64,000 nucleotides of DNA from Armatimonadota bacterium (lineage in GTDB: Bacteria; Armatimonadota; SYMT01), in assembly GCA_041690135.1 (NCBI GenBank), contig JAWLHY010000010.1:192001-256000 (forward strand). The letters are read 5' to 3'. Both the position numbers and the translations under genes were made by a program. Within the stretch, counting starts at the first letter, position 1. Every line of letters starts with the position of its first letter. Shown here piece by piece: positions 47,855-57,374 of the stretch. Below the pieces are notes generated by a model. It had not been told where the DNA came from and did no database searches. It saw nothing but the letters and a program-made list of their open reading frames with translations.

Positions 47855-48950
47855 GAACGGTTGAAAGGGCGGTTCCAGCAGGGCTTTCACGCAGTACTTC
47901 CTCATACACAGCTTCGATCCGGGCGACCACGCTCTCCAACGCGTGCTCTTCACGGATCAGGCGGTCCAGTCCCCAGTATGGCGCGCGGGTTCTCGCTCCA
48001 CCGATCCAGGCCTGGTATAGGTGCAGCATCGACTGGTGAAAGTTCTCCACCGTCATCTCCCAGGGGCCGCCCACGTCGCCGAAGTTCCAGGACATGGCGT
48101 CCCGTAGGTTTTCGGCACGAATGATACCGTAGCCCCAGAACCCGGCCCCCACGACCGCCGTCCCCTGCATAATCGCCTCCAGCGCGCAGTAGGAGGCCCC
48201 GAACAGCACGTGCGCTCCCTCAACGACGGGGGCCGGATCGGTCACGACGCCATGAACCCGGACCACCTCCCCATTCGCTGCCCGGTTGAAATCCGCGGCG
48301 GCACGGCGGACTTCGCGAAGGATGGAGCCGCCGCCTAGAAGGTCCAGTCTCGCATCGGGAACGGTTTCCCGGAACCGCCGGAACGCTTCGATAAGGTTGA
48401 GCGCATTCCGGCCCTTACGCTTCGACATGCGGCCAACGCCGGCGATCCGGAACGTCCCCGTTTCCGCCGGGTAGCACGGCCGATGGTCGATGGGACGGCG
48501 CAGCAGGGTGATCTTTCCCGGATCGAAGAGCTCGTGGTGGCGATTCAGCCGCTCTACCGCGATCTCCTCGAAGGTGAGAATCCGCCGGGCCATCTGAAGG
48601 CAGGTGGCCGTGTGGTCGTTCTTGCCCAGCAAACCGTGGACGCTCATCACCAGCGGAGTTCCGGTCCGCCGGCATGCCCACTCCGCGGCACGGCCGGGGG
48701 TGGCGTTCGAAGCATGCACCAGGTCAATTCTCTGGGAACGAATCACGCGTTCGATCCAGAGGCCGCCCCAGGGCGCCGGAGGGGTCCACACGAACGGGAT
48801 CCCGGCCTTGCGGAAGCGAGGTACCATTTCGCCCGGTTGGGAAGCCACCCATACTTCGTGTCCCCTGGCCAGCAGGCCGCGACCGATATTGTACCGGAAG
48901 GTACTGCCACCCCCGATCTTCGCACTCCTTCCCACGAACAGAATCCGCAT
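47844..48950 (-). CDS. glycosyltransferase family 4, atypical
   Basis: GT-B pattern IGGG, DLVHA, SVHG, GVGRMS, ALEAIMQG. Confidence 0.82.
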   Translation of the reverse strand: MRILFVGRSAKIGGGSTFRYNIGRGLLARGHEVWVASQPGEMVPRFRKAGIPFVWTPPAPWGGLWIERVIRSQRIDLVHASNATPGRAAEWACRRTGTPLVMSVHGLLGKNDHTATCLQMARRILTFEEIAVERLNRHHELFDPGKITLLRRPIDHRPCYPAETGTFRIAGVGRMSKRKGRNALNLIEAFRRFRETVPDARLDLLGGGSILREVRRAAADFNRAANGEVVRVHGVVTDPAPVVEGAHVLFGASYCALEAIMQGTAVVGAGFWGYGIIRAENLRDAMSWNFGDVGGPWEMTVENFHQSMLHLYQAWIGGARTRAPYWGLDRLIREEHALESVVARIEAVYEEVLRESPAGTALSTVRVH

Positions 48951-48964
48951 TATAATTTCCCGTG

Positions 48965-49759
48965 ATGCCTGAAGCGCCGAACGTAAAGAATATCGTCCAC
49001 GCCGGTACCGGAGAACCGGTAGTCTCCATCGTCATCGTCACCTACAACGCCGTCGAGTACGTGCGGCGATGCCTGGCGAGTATCCACCGGCACTCGCACG
49101 TGCCCTACGAGGTGCTGGTGATCGACAATGCCTCGCAGCCGGAGACGCGGGAGTTTCTCCGCGCGCAATCGGGAATCCGGCTCTACCTCAACGAGGACAA
49201 CCTGCTGTGGTCCGGCGGCTGTAACCAGGGGATGCGGGAAGCTCACCCGGCCTCGCGGTATCTCCTGCTGCTCAACCCGGATACGGAGGTGCTCCGCTCC
49301 GACTGGCTAGAGGTAATGATCCGGCATATGGAGAGTGACCCGCAAATCGGAATTGTGGGCACGCAGCACCACTACCGGGATGCGGGACCGATTTACGGCT
49401 GGCTTGACGGGCAATGCTTCATGATCCGCCGCAAGGTGATTGAGCAAATCGGGTATCTGGACGCGCAGCGCTTCCCCATGGGCGGCGCACCCCAACTCTT
49501 CACGATCAAAGCGTTCAAGGCCGGTTGGAGTTACAAGCGGGTTCACCGGAAGAGCCGCCTCATCGTGCACCACAAGGCGAAGTCGCGCGATGAGATCAAG
49601 GGGGAGAAGCCGTGGAAACCGGGCCGGCCCAACTTCGAGCAACTGATGCGCGAAGAGGGGCTTGATCCCGTCATCGCCCCTCCGCTGGTCCGTTTCATCC
49701 GGCGCAGGCTGTACCGCCACTATGTCCGGACCCGGTTCTTCTATGCCCCGCCAACGTGA
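48965..49759 (+). CDS. glycosyltransferase family 2
   Basis: SIVIVTYN, VIDNAS, LLLNPD motifs. Confidence 0.9.
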   Translation: MPEAPNVKNIVHAGTGEPVVSIVIVTYNAVEYVRRCLASIHRHSHVPYEVLVIDNASQPETREFLRAQSGIRLYLNEDNLLWSGGCNQGMREAHPASRYLLLLNPDTEVLRSDWLEVMIRHMESDPQIGIVGTQHHYRDAGPIYGWLDGQCFMIRRKVIEQIGYLDAQRFPMGGAPQLFTIKAFKAGWSYKRVHRKSRLIVHHKAKSRDEIKGEKPWKPGRPNFEQLMREEGLDPVIAPPLVRFIRRRLYRHYVRTRFFYAPPT

Positions 49760-51141
49760 AGCAGGCTGTCCTTCTCCCGCCGGTCCCAGGTAACCAGCCA
49801 CGAGCGGGGGAAGTAGTTCATCGCCGGGGTGTCGTTGGCCCGCAGGAACTCCAGGTATTTCCGGTGGAGATCGACCGCCACGGTGCGGTTCTTGGCGTAC
49901 ACGTTCGTCTTCTCCGTCGGGTCCGACGGTAGATGATACAACTCCGGCTCCACCCCCGCGCGCCAGTACACCAGCGCCCACTCGTCCGTGCGGATCACGC
50001 TCGGCCGGAACACGCTCCAGTTCTTGAGCGACCACGAAGAGACGGAGACGTCCCGCACCTTCTCCCGCTCCCCTTTCAGCACCGGCACCAGGGAAGCGGT
50101 GCGCATCGTGTCCGGCACCTTCACCCCCGCCAACTCCAGCAGCGTCGGCCCCACGTCGCCCGGATGGACGAAGGCGTTGCGCCGTCCCGGCTTCAGTCCC
50201 GGCGCCCGGAACATCATCGGCACCCGGGCGACCTCGCTATAGACGGGCCAGCCCTTGAGGTTTTCCTTCTTACCGCCCATCTTACCGAGGAGGCCGCGCT
50301 CCCCGAGGAGGATGCCGTGGTCCGACATGAAGCAGACCACCGTATCGTCCCGCCGTCCCAGGGCGTCGATCGTTTCCAGCAGCCGCCCCAGCCAGCGGTC
50401 AACCATCGTTAACTCGCCCGCGTAGAGCGCACGGATGCGCTTGATGTCCGCGTCCGTATACGGATCCGCGCGCCCGTACATCGGATAGATGACGTTATCA
50501 CCGGTCCCTTGCGGGTCGTACAGATCGATGTACTGCTGCGGCGGGTCCCACGGCTCGTGCGGATCGAAGAGATCGACGTGGAGGAAGAAATTGCCCCGGT
50601 GGTGGTTCTGCTCCAGCCAGTGGATCGATTCCGAAATTACCTGGGGGGCAAAGCAGTCCTCTTCCCCGCGCCGGATCGAGGTGTTCCGAAGGTACTGCTT
50701 GATCCGGCCGTCGGCGACCTCACGCAGCTTCTCCGGCGGGCAGGGCCAGGAGAACTCGCGGGTGGAGGGCTGGAAATTGTCGTACCACTGGCCCCGCACC
50801 CGGTGGCGCGCGTGGAAGCCGCGATCGTAGCCGTAGCCGGCCCGGCTCATGGGCAGGTTATCAGTGATCTGGGTGCAGGTGTAATTGGCGGCGGCAAAAG
50901 TCTCGGAGAGCAGGACTTCCTGCCGCGGCAGCGGCCCCCAGTTGAGGTAGGGAAAGACGAACTTGCCGGTAAAGACTTCGGCGCGGCAGGGAAGCGTCGG
51001 AAAAGAGCAGGAGTGGGCGCGGTCGAAGATGACGCTCTCTTCCGCCAGGCGATCCAGGGTGGGCGTGTGGATCCACTTGTTGCCGTAGGCGCCCACGTGG
51101 TCGCGACGAAACGTGTCGCTGATGATTAACACGACGTTCAT
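49741..51141 (-). CDS. sulfatase-fold hydrolase/transferase with Thr at the nucleophile position, copy A
   Basis: IISDTFR, PTLPCRAEVFTG, DPHEPW and SDHG motifs; no signal peptide. Confidence 0.9.
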   Translation of the reverse strand: MNVVLIISDTFRRDHVGAYGNKWIHTPTLDRLAEESVIFDRAHSCSFPTLPCRAEVFTGKFVFPYLNWGPLPRQEVLLSETFAAANYTCTQITDNLPMSRAGYGYDRGFHARHRVRGQWYDNFQPSTREFSWPCPPEKLREVADGRIKQYLRNTSIRRGEEDCFAPQVISESIHWLEQNHHRGNFFLHVDLFDPHEPWDPPQQYIDLYDPQGTGDNVIYPMYGRADPYTDADIKRIRALYAGELTMVDRWLGRLLETIDALGRRDDTVVCFMSDHGILLGERGLLGKMGGKKENLKGWPVYSEVARVPMMFRAPGLKPGRRNAFVHPGDVGPTLLELAGVKVPDTMRTASLVPVLKGEREKVRDVSVSSWSLKNWSVFRPSVIRTDEWALVYWRAGVEPELYHLPSDPTEKTNVYAKNRTVAVDLHRKYLEFLRANDTPAMNYFPRSWLVTWDRREKDSLLHVGGA

Positions 51142-52439
51142 GCGGTTCTCGTCCCTACTCCCCCGAGCTCTTCAACCACTTCAGTCAGGAGCGCCAACCA
51201 GCGCTGCGTACTCTTATCTTCGGAAAACTCATCCAGGGCACGTGCCCGCCCGGCCCGTCCCATCTTTCGACGCAGTGCCTCGTCCCGCAGCAGGCGGTCC
51301 AGGTGCGACCGTAGGGCCGGCTCATCGTCGACCGGGGAGAGGAACCCGGTATCGCCGTGCACGACTAACTCCGCTGTCCCGTAGGCAGCCGCCGCCGCGA
51401 CCGGTAAGCCCGCCACCATTCCTTCGAGGACCGCGTTGGGCGCCCCTTCCCGGCGCGACGGGTGACAGAGAATGTCCGCGGCGCGCAGCAGGCGAGGCAC
51501 GTCCTCGCGGAAGCCGAGCAGTTGCACGCGTTCTCCCAGCCCCAACCGCGCAATCTGCGCCGCGAGGGCCGTTTTCTCCGGTCCGTCTCCGGCAAACCAC
51601 ACCTTCAGGCGGGGGTGCTCCGGCGCCAGTCTAGCTACGGAATCCAGCAGCAGATCGTGTCCCTTGATCGAGATCAGGCGGGCTGCGACGATCACCACCA
51701 GATCGTCTGGCCTGCATCCGAGAGTTTCACGCACCGCAGTTGGGTCGGCGCCATCGATCGGACCGGGGTCCACCCCGTCGTAAATACAGGTGAGCTGCTC
51801 CGGCCGGAACCAGCCGAACTCCTGGAGCTCCTGGAGCGTGGCCTGGGCGTTGGCGACGAAGCGGCTGACACGCGGCGCCACCAGGCCGCGGTTCAACGCA
51901 CTCTTCTGGAACACCCCCGCCCCAGAGTGGTAGTAAACCAGCCCCGGGCGCCTTCCGGCGCCGCGCGTGGGCAGCAGGCGGGCGGCCAGGGCCGCGTGCT
52001 GGAGCGAGCGCTCCGTGTAACAGATGGCCACGTCGACCCGGGCCTGGCGCAGAGCCCGCGCCAGGGCGAGAACGCGCCGGGGGGAGAGGCGTTTTCCCAG
52101 GTGGAACGGGAGTACGGATGCCCCCATGGCCTCGATTCGCCGGTACGCCTCGCCCCGTGGATGGGCGAAACCTACGGGGACATGCCCCCGCTTCTGGAAC
52201 TCGGTAGCGGCCTGCACAATCCGCTTTTCTCCCCCACCATAAAAGGGGACCGGGTTCAGAAGGCCGATGCGCAGCGGCTGCCCCTGTTGCGACGCAACTT
52301 CGGCCACGTGAGTGCTTCTCGGGAAAGCAATTTCGCCTTCCACTACCGGAGAGACGGACGGAGAACCGTACCCGTCCGGGGCCTGCGCCAGAAGCGACGG
52401 GGGTTGGGGGTTCCCATTCTCTAATCCCCTTCGACGCAA
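51138..52439 (-). CDS. glycosyltransferase family 4
   Basis: YGGGE, ARLISIKGH, PSRREGAPNAVLEGM; start uncertain (could be 52307). Confidence 0.92.
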   Translation of the reverse strand: MRRRGLENGNPQPPSLLAQAPDGYGSPSVSPVVEGEIAFPRSTHVAEVASQQGQPLRIGLLNPVPFYGGGEKRIVQAATEFQKRGHVPVGFAHPRGEAYRRIEAMGASVLPFHLGKRLSPRRVLALARALRQARVDVAICYTERSLQHAALAARLLPTRGAGRRPGLVYYHSGAGVFQKSALNRGLVAPRVSRFVANAQATLQELQEFGWFRPEQLTCIYDGVDPGPIDGADPTAVRETLGCRPDDLVVIVAARLISIKGHDLLLDSVARLAPEHPRLKVWFAGDGPEKTALAAQIARLGLGERVQLLGFREDVPRLLRAADILCHPSRREGAPNAVLEGMVAGLPVAAAAAYGTAELVVHGDTGFLSPVDDEPALRSHLDRLLRDEALRRKMGRAGRARALDEFSEDKSTQRWLALLTEVVEELGGVGTRTA

Positions 52440-53821
52440 AGCAGGCTGTCCTTTTCGCGCTTACCCCAGGTGACCATCCAGCTCCGGGGATAGTAGTTCC
52501 GGGCCGGTGTCTCGTTGGCCCGCAGGAATTCCAGGTATTTCCGGTGAAGATCGACCGCCACGGTGCGGTTCTTCGCGTAGACGTTCGTCTTCTCCGTCGG
52601 GTCCGACGGCAGGTGATACAACTCCGGCTCCACCCCCGCGCGCCAGTACACCAGCGCCCACTCGTCCGTGCGGATTACGCTGGGCCGGAACACGCTCCAG
52701 TTCTTGAGCGACCACGAAGAGACGGAGACGTCCCGCACCTTCTCCCGCTCCCCTTTCAGCACCGGCACCAGGGAAGCGGTACGCATCGTGTCCGGCACCT
52801 TCACCCCCGCCAACTCCAGCAGCGTCGGCCCCACGTCGCCCGGATGGACGAAGGCGTTGCGCCGTCCCGACTTCAGTCCCGGCGCCCGGAACATCATCGG
52901 TACCCGGGCGATCTCGTTGTACACCGGCCACCCCCGCAGCGTCTCGCCGCGCTTGCCCATCTTACCGAGGAGGCCGCGTTCCCCGAGGAGGATGCCGTGG
53001 TCCGACATGAAGCAGACCACCGTATCGTCCCGCCGTCCCAGGGCGTCGATCGTCTCCAGCAGCCGCCCCAGCCAGCGGTCGAGCATGCTCACTTCACCCG
53101 CATAGAGCGCCCGGATTCGCTTCAACTCCGCGTCGTTGTAGGGCGTGGCGTCTCCGAAACTCGGCCAGATGATGTTATCGCTATCCGGGTTGGGATCGTA
53201 GAGGTCAACGTAATTCTGCGGCGGGTCCCAGGGCTCGTGCGGATCGAAGATGTCGACGTGGAGGAAGAAATTGCCCCGGTGGTGGTTCTGCTCCAGCCAG
53301 TGGATCGCCTCCGACACCACCTGCGGGGCGAAGTAGTCCTCTTCACCACGCCGTCCGGACACATTGCGGAGGTACTGTTTGAGGCGACCATCCTTCTGGT
53401 CACGCAGCTTCTCCGGCGGGCAGGGCCAGGAGAACTCGCGGGTGGAGGGCTGGAACTTGTCGTAGGATTGGCCTCGGACCCGGTGGCGCGCGTGGAAGCC
53501 ACGGTCGTAACCGTAACGCGCCCGCGTCATGGGAAAGTTATCGGTGATCTGGGTGCAGGTGTAGTTGGCGGCGGCGAACGTCTCGGAGAGCAGGACTTCC
53601 TTCCGCGGCAGCGGCCCCCAGTCCAGATACGGGAACACGAACTTGCCGGTGAAGATTTCGGCGCGGCACGGGAGCGTGGGAAAAGAGCAGGAGTGGGCGC
53701 GGTCGAAGATGACGCTCTCTTCCGCCAGGCGATCCAGGGTGGGCGTGTGGATCCACTTGTTGCCGTAGGCGCCCACGTGGTCGCGACGAAACGTGTCGCT
53801 GATGATTAACACGACGTTCAT
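52421..53821 (-). CDS. sulfatase-fold hydrolase/transferase with Thr at the nucleophile position, copy B
   Basis: 466 aa, same length as copy A with long identical stretches; start MNVVLII at 53821. Confidence 0.9.
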   Translation of the reverse strand: MNVVLIISDTFRRDHVGAYGNKWIHTPTLDRLAEESVIFDRAHSCSFPTLPCRAEIFTGKFVFPYLDWGPLPRKEVLLSETFAAANYTCTQITDNFPMTRARYGYDRGFHARHRVRGQSYDKFQPSTREFSWPCPPEKLRDQKDGRLKQYLRNVSGRRGEEDYFAPQVVSEAIHWLEQNHHRGNFFLHVDIFDPHEPWDPPQNYVDLYDPNPDSDNIIWPSFGDATPYNDAELKRIRALYAGEVSMLDRWLGRLLETIDALGRRDDTVVCFMSDHGILLGERGLLGKMGKRGETLRGWPVYNEIARVPMMFRAPGLKSGRRNAFVHPGDVGPTLLELAGVKVPDTMRTASLVPVLKGEREKVRDVSVSSWSLKNWSVFRPSVIRTDEWALVYWRAGVEPELYHLPSDPTEKTNVYAKNRTVAVDLHRKYLEFLRANETPARNYYPRSWMVTWGKREKDSLLCVEGD

Positions 53822-53844
53822 GCGGTTCTCGTTCCTGCTTCCCG

Positions 53845-54957
53845 TCAGTTCCGCAGCAGATCCAGGGCCGCACGCATCACCTGCTCGGGTGTGATCGCCG
53901 ACAGGCAAACCGGTTCGGCGCACACCCGATGACCCGCGCAGGGGCACACCAGCGAGGAGTTCACGGCCTGGTAACGCGTTCCGTAAGGATAGAACCGCGT
54001 CCGGTCGATCTCCAGGTCTCTCGGTCCGTAAAGCGCGAGCACCGGCACGCGGACGGCCGCGGCCATATGCATCGGACCGGTGGGGACGCTCACGAACAGG
54101 CCCGCTTGCGCCAGGACTGCCGCCAGTTGTTTGAGGGAGGTCCCACCCGCCAGGGACAGGACCGGGCTGCGTGCCCCGGCAGCTACCTGCGCCACCAGTT
54201 CCCGCTCTCCCCCACTGCCGGTAACGCCGACCTGAAATCCCGCTTGCGAGAGGCGATCGGCCAACTCCGCGTAATGCCCGGCGGGCCAGCACTGCCGCCC
54301 CCCACCGTGGCCCGGATGGAGGATGGCCAGCGGACGCCCTTCGTCGCGACCGGCGCCCCGCAAGAACTCCCTGGCCCAGGCGTGGTCCGAATCATTTACG
54401 TCAACGCGCATCCCCTGGTGCCGCGGCTCCATGCCGAGACTGCGGAGGACATCCAGGTTGTGCTCGATCTCGTGGCGGTCGCCGGTGCCCCGCGCCTGGC
54501 GGATATGCTGGTGAAACCAGCGCGCCCAATGCGGAGGCCGGTTGTCGCCGTATCTCCAGACGCAGGTACGCCAGCGAATTCCGGCCAGGCAGAGCGCCAA
54601 AGCCACGCTGCTGGCGGAGTGGACCGAAAGCACCCAATCGAAGCGGTGCGAGCGAAGCTCCCGCGCCAGTTTCAGCCGGTCGCCCCACCCGCGATGCGTC
54701 GACTGCCGGTCGTAGGTGAGCACCCCGTCAAGATCCGGGTTGCCTTCCAGGATGCGATCGAACGGCCGGTGGACCAGTGCGGTGATCTCGGCGCGGGGGA
54801 ACTGGTTGCGGAGCGCCGAAAAGAGCGGCGTCGCGCAGAGAACGTCTCCCAGGCGCTGCGTCTGGACCACCAGGATGCGGTGGATCGGCAGCGTACCTCC
54901 CCCGATGGCCGGCCAGGTGTCCGCCCCGGAACTGCTTGCCGAGACGACCTGCGTCAC
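53845..54957 (-). CDS. glycosyltransferase family 9 (heptosyltransferase-like)
   Basis: RLGDVL, HPGHG, TGPMHMAAA motifs. Confidence 0.9.
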   Translation of the reverse strand: MTQVVSASSSGADTWPAIGGGTLPIHRILVVQTQRLGDVLCATPLFSALRNQFPRAEITALVHRPFDRILEGNPDLDGVLTYDRQSTHRGWGDRLKLARELRSHRFDWVLSVHSASSVALALCLAGIRWRTCVWRYGDNRPPHWARWFHQHIRQARGTGDRHEIEHNLDVLRSLGMEPRHQGMRVDVNDSDHAWAREFLRGAGRDEGRPLAILHPGHGGGRQCWPAGHYAELADRLSQAGFQVGVTGSGGERELVAQVAAGARSPVLSLAGGTSLKQLAAVLAQAGLFVSVPTGPMHMAAAVRVPVLALYGPRDLEIDRTRFYPYGTRYQAVNSSLVCPCAGHRVCAEPVCLSAITPEQVMRAALDLLRN

Positions 54958-56105
54958 CGGCTAAAGTCTCCCGCTTCACGCAGTGGTGGACCCACCGATG
55001 CGCGCCGGGTGCCCGGCCCCCCGATCTCTTCGAACAGACGGCACCAGTTGTCGGTTTCGCCGGTGAGGGGGAACAGCGTCTCCGCACGGCGCCGTCCCGC
55101 CGCTCCGAACCGCTCCCGGACGGTGGCGTCGCCGTAAACTCGGTCCAGCGCCTGCGCCAGGGCCGGTACGTCCCGCGGGGGGACCAGAAGCCCTGTCTCC
55201 TCGGGCACGACGACATCGACGATCCCACCAGCCGTAGACGCGACGATCGGTCGCGCCGCGGCCATGGCCTCGAGCAGGGTATTGCCCAGCCCCTCGCGGT
55301 GCGAAGCCTGTACGACGATATCCACCGCCTGGAGGACCGCCGGAATGTCCGTGCGGAAGCCCAGGAAACGCACCCGCGACTCCAGTTTGAGCTCTCGCAC
55401 CTGGGCTTCGAGTTGGGGACGCAGAGTGCCTTCCCCCACGATCCAGAGCTCCGCACGCGGATGCCGGGAGGCAATGGCCGCCAGGGCATCGATCGTCTCT
55501 ACCTGGCCTTTGTCCGGGGTCACGCGCGCGAGTATCGCGGCGACCACTGTGTCCCCGACACAGCCGACTTCGGCCCGCACCCGCTCTCGGGCCACCGGAT
55601 CGGGCTGATACGGACGCAGGTCAATCCCGTTGCGAATGATCTGCAGCCGATCCTCGGGGATCCATCCGTAGCTGGCCATCTCCTCGCGGAGGGGCTCCGA
55701 GATCACGACAAGACGGGTCATCCACCGTCCCAGAAGGCGATTGATGGCCTTGTTTTTGAAGGTGGCCGTCAGGCCATTCCGGTAAACCAACGGTGGACTG
55801 CCCGCCAGGCGAGTCGCCGGCGCCGCCAGTCGGAAGGCACGCTCGTTGCAGCAAAGGACGAGGTTCGGCTGGAAGCCGCGCAGAGCGCCCGCGATGGCGC
55901 CGACCGCCCGGAGCGAGAGATCGTGGGGCATCGGCAGGGCTACCGTGGGAAGGCCGGACTCTCGAGCGTGCCGCTGCACGCCCGACGCGGGCTGGCAGAG
56001 GAGCAGCGGCTCGTGTCCGCGCTGCTTCCAACAGCTCGCCTGCCGCACCAGCCATTTCTCCCCGCCTCCCAGGACGCGAATTGAGTTGACTACCGCTATC
56101 CGCAA
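54954..56105 (-). CDS. glycosyltransferase family 4
   Basis: GGGEK, NGID, KGQ, SHREGLGNTLLEAMA motifs. Confidence 0.92.
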   Translation of the reverse strand: MRIAVVNSIRVLGGGEKWLVRQASCWKQRGHEPLLLCQPASGVQRHARESGLPTVALPMPHDLSLRAVGAIAGALRGFQPNLVLCCNERAFRLAAPATRLAGSPPLVYRNGLTATFKNKAINRLLGRWMTRLVVISEPLREEMASYGWIPEDRLQIIRNGIDLRPYQPDPVARERVRAEVGCVGDTVVAAILARVTPDKGQVETIDALAAIASRHPRAELWIVGEGTLRPQLEAQVRELKLESRVRFLGFRTDIPAVLQAVDIVVQASHREGLGNTLLEAMAAARPIVASTAGGIVDVVVPEETGLLVPPRDVPALAQALDRVYGDATVRERFGAAGRRRAETLFPLTGETDNWCRLFEEIGGPGTRRASVGPPLREAGDFSR

Positions 56106-56168
56106 GACCGGTTCTCCCCGCCGCAGTCCGGGTCATGCTGGATGGCCCACCGTATAATCCATCGATCT

Positions 56169-57374
56169 TTACCGGTTGTCACGGTTCTTTCGCCTTAAGG
56201 GGGATGCCGGCTGCGACGACGGAGGCGCGCTGGGCGTCGAGGGAGGACTGTACAACTTGAGCGCCGCTTCCACGCACTCGTCCGCGGACACGGTGTGGAT
56301 GCAAGGCGGGTGGGCGGGATCCAGCCAGTTGGGCCGATCCCGGGGAGTCTTCTCGGAACGCCGAACGATCTTTTGCACGTTCGGCAAATATCCCTGGGAG
56401 CTTTCGTTGACCGGCATGGCGCAGTCGTCACACCCCACTTCGTGCCGGATGACGGATCCCAGGGTAGTGAACGGGCCGAACTTGGTGGGACTAGTGGGAC
56501 CGAACATCGCCACGACCGGCACGGCCATCGCGACCGCCATGTGCATCGGGCCCGTATCGTTGGTGACCAGCAGATGGCACCGTTCCAGCAAGGCGGCGGT
56601 TCCCGCCAGGGAGAGATGTCCAGCCGCCACAAGGGGATGGTGTGCCATCCGCGAGACGATGGAGGCGGCCAACTCCCGGTCTCCCGGTCCCCCGAAGATG
56701 ACGATCGGGAGCCCGGTTTCCGCGTGGAGGCGGTCCGCCACTTCCGCGAACCGCTCCACCGGCCATCGCTTCTGCGCTTCCGTAGCGCCGGGATTGATAC
56801 CGATGAAACGCGCGTCGGCATCGATGCCGCGATTGCGGACGAACTCGGCTACCATGGTCCGCGCCTCGGAGGTAGGCTCCAGCTCCAGCACGGGGTTCGG
56901 CTCACGAGGGCAACCCAGCATCTCGGCCAGATCCAGGTACTTGTAGACTTCATGCTGGCTCGAGCGCACCGGGCTGACATGCTGGTAGAACCGCCGCGTC
57001 TTTGGGTGGTCCAGGGCGATGGTTACGGGCCGGCGAGGGTTGCAGAGCCCGATGTAGGCTGTCGTCCACGCATAGAACATGGACTTCTCCTGCAGCGAGA
57101 TGATGAGATCGTACCCTTTGCGCCGCTGCTCTATCGCGAACTGGATCTTCGAGCCCCAGTACTTGATCTTGGGCCGCACGACGATCTCGTCGACATGCGG
57201 ATTGGTGATCAGGAGGTCCCGGTTGGCTTCCGGCACGGAAACGGCCACATGCGCGCGTGGGAAGCGTCGTTTCAGAGCCCGCAGCATTGGGGTGGTGAGG
57301 AGACAGTCCCCAATGTGGATGCGGTTGAGCACCAGGATGCGTCTGATTTTGCCTAGTCGGACGGCTTGCTGCAC
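56169..57374 (-). CDS. glycosyltransferase family 9 (WaaF-like heptosyltransferase)
   Basis: HIGD, NPGA...KRWP, NDTGPMH, FGPT; start refined to GTG 57374. Confidence 0.9.
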   Translation of the reverse strand: MQQAVRLGKIRRILVLNRIHIGDCLLTTPMLRALKRRFPRAHVAVSVPEANRDLLITNPHVDEIVVRPKIKYWGSKIQFAIEQRRKGYDLIISLQEKSMFYAWTTAYIGLCNPRRPVTIALDHPKTRRFYQHVSPVRSSQHEVYKYLDLAEMLGCPREPNPVLELEPTSEARTMVAEFVRNRGIDADARFIGINPGATEAQKRWPVERFAEVADRLHAETGLPIVIFGGPGDRELAASIVSRMAHHPLVAAGHLSLAGTAALLERCHLLVTNDTGPMHMAVAMAVPVVAMFGPTSPTKFGPFTTLGSVIRHEVGCDDCAMPVNESSQGYLPNVQKIVRRSEKTPRDRPNWLDPAHPPCIHTVSADECVEAALKLYSPPSTPSAPPSSQPASPLRRKNRDNR

